NCBI GenBank assembly: GCA_002256025.1
Contig: NKIB01015326.1
Location: forward strand, 1 to 36,517
DNA: 36,517 nt
Direction of reading: 5' to 3'
Source: Asterionella formosa
Lineage: Eukaryota
Shown: positions 34,884-36,517 of the stretch, one piece after another
Numbering within the stretch: position 1 is the stretch's first letter
How the letters are laid out: every line of letters begins with the position of its first letter
The notes under the pieces: generated by a model
Database searches by the model: none
What the model saw: only the letters and a program-made list of their open reading frames with translations
What the model was told of the DNA's origin: nothing
Translations under genes and position numbers: made by a program

Positions 34884-35546
34884 CTAAACTGGAGTGAAGT
34901 TCAATTGTCTTGCAACATCTTTCATTGACCGTTTGAAATACTCATATTCACTCCTAGTATTTTCATTTGCCACCTTGGTTCTTTCATCTGTTGTCTCCAC
35001 TGATTCTTCGTCTAATTCGCTTTTCTTGAACCTGTAAAAGTCCCTGTGCAACTTTGCGTAGATCTTCTTCTTAGCCACTTTGTATTTCCTCTGGCTCTTT
35101 GCTGCAACCTCCTCGAATTTTTTAATGTAGCTCTCATCATTCATCATCCCTTCTTTAATTTCATCTCCAAAAAGGTCTGGGGGTGCAATGTTCTGATCAA
35201 TACAAGCCTTATAATTTTCACTCTTTTTCTTCATCCGAAGCTCCACATACATCTTTTTCTTCATCTCTTGGAAGTACCAATCCGTGGCACCCTTGACTTG
35301 GTCTGGGGGAAAGTGAATAATCACGTTCAAACTCTTTGTACTCTTTGTACTCTTTGAACTCTTTGCACTCTTAGTACTACCAGTTGTTATCCTTGAAGTT
35401 CTTCCTGAAATAACTTGTGGAGTCAATCCACTGATGGAAGATGCCGGAGTTTTGCTTACTGGAAGAGAAATGGCCACTAGATCATTACGAACTCTAATGG
35501 CAGGCACACTGTTGTTCCCTGGCGTAACTTCAATGAAAATGTCCAT
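34884..35546 (-). CDS. Hypothetical Lys/Ser-rich ORF (220 aa), probably transposon-associated
   Basis: Open ATG-started ORF with a 9-bp repeat encoding TKSAKSSKSTKSTKS. It lies directly downstream of a decayed TE-like gene on the same strand. No recognised domain. Confidence 0.4.
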   Translation of the reverse strand: MDIFIEVTPGNNSVPAIRVRNDLVAISLPVSKTPASSISGLTPQVISGRTSRITTGSTKSAKSSKSTKSTKSLNVIIHFPPDQVKGATDWYFQEMKKKMYVELRMKKKSENYKACIDQNIAPPDLFGDEIKEGMMNDESYIKKFEEVAAKSQRKYKVAKKKIYAKLHRDFYRFKKSELDEESVETTDERTKVANENTRSEYEYFKRSMKDVARQLNFTPV

Positions 35547-35639
35547 CAGTTAGTCAATATCTTCCATGAACATCAGTTCAACAATTCCACTTTGTTCACA
35601 CTTCCCCGAAGTGACTAACCTTGTGGAACTCCAGCCAAA

Positions 35640-36517
35640 ACAAGAAGATTGGACTTAAAGCTGATCTCCAACTGCCTGCTCATGGCAGTTGTCCTTTGTA
35701 TGTCATACAGGCTGTTGAACCTGGCATATCCCTTTGCGTCCCAGCCCCCATATCTCTTTCCCTGTCCTCCAGTACCGGTATAAACTTATTTTGGTGCAGG
35801 AGTATCATCTTCATGACCTTTCATCATTGCCTTATGCAACCAGACATCCCAAAAATTCTCCAAGACCAACAATGAAAAAACCTCGTCAGAAACACTAACA
35901 ATGTCACTGACATGCTTCTTAGCACACTGTCGTTTCCAAGACAGCTTTCGCCCAACCCTGGAATAAAAGTACTCAACTAGAAGGAAGAAAGGATGATTCT
36001 TGGCTCCTTCTCCATCACCTGTCTCCTGAATAGAAACAGAACGGCTTTTGGAGATGGTATGCTTATTCAGATGAATGTGCATACCATCACGAAAAAGTAC
36101 TGAAGTTTTGTAGATTGGAATGGAATGATTTGTAAGTAGTAAACAATAAGTATGTTAACCAAGTCAAGAACAAATCAGGCATACCACCAAGTCAAGTTGT
36201 TTACTTACTAGCAAAGGCATGTTTGAGAGTGGTAACAACGGCATTTCTTTTCTCAGACATCACTTTATTGATATCATTCTTATATGTCTGCCAAATTGAT
36301 TCGAAGTCCTTATCGGTTCCCATGAATAGACTTGGGAAGTGAGCACGAAACGAGAGTGCCAGACTAGTTGGTCCTCTTTCATCAAGTTCTATATCACCTG
36401 TGATAAACTTGACTTTTGGGAAAAGTTCAAGTTTGACCCATTGACCAACATTTCGGGTCCAATGCTTGTCTCTTCCAATGCCATGGCCACCAGAAAGTTG
36501 AAGTCTTTGCTTCTCCG
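35640..36517 (-). pseudogene. Decayed gene of a type I associate with DNA-transposon accessory ORFs; runs off the window end
   Basis: Translated pieces FPKVKFI..IWQTYKNDINKVMSEKRNAVVTTLKHAF, then VSVSDEVFSLLVLENFWDVW..PK*VYTGTGGQGKRYGGWDAKGYARFNSL, with in-frame stops and a probable GTAAGT intron near 36209. Family assignment is from memory only. Confidence 0.5.

Noticed and set aside
1..36517. tRNA or rRNA genes, or a prokaryotic defence operon
   Set aside because: No cloverleaf or rRNA signatures were seen, and gene structure is eukaryotic and unlinked in function.

Overview
Eukaryotic DNA, about 40% GC by eye, most likely from a diatom or related stramenopile (short GT-AG introns, signal-plus-transit-type N-termini, a diatom-type Ty1/copia element). 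Seven probable host genes sit among decayed mobile DNA: a small single-TM protein, EF-1-beta (one intron), a protein with a Yvh1/DUSP12-type zinc domain but no phosphatase motif, an LDAH-like hydrolase, a membrane-anchored GT-B glycosyltransferase and two tandem EamA/DMT transporter paralogues. Mobile DNA includes a two-LTR but disabled copia element (18972-24146, ATGAT TSD), a Mutator-like transposase remnant, several MITE/TIR elements, a DIRS-like RT-RNaseH scrap and many fold-back sequences. The strongest signal is that the copia element has no tRNA-type PBS. Instead, the 15 nt at the PBS position are perfectly complementary to a sequence inside its own LTR, the layout of Tf1-type self-primed reverse transcription. 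The second is a template-switch-like rearrangement that appears to invert the promoter of one EamA gene and creates a perfect 183-bp inverted copy of its 5' end. All calls come from reading the sequence by eye; no searches were run.
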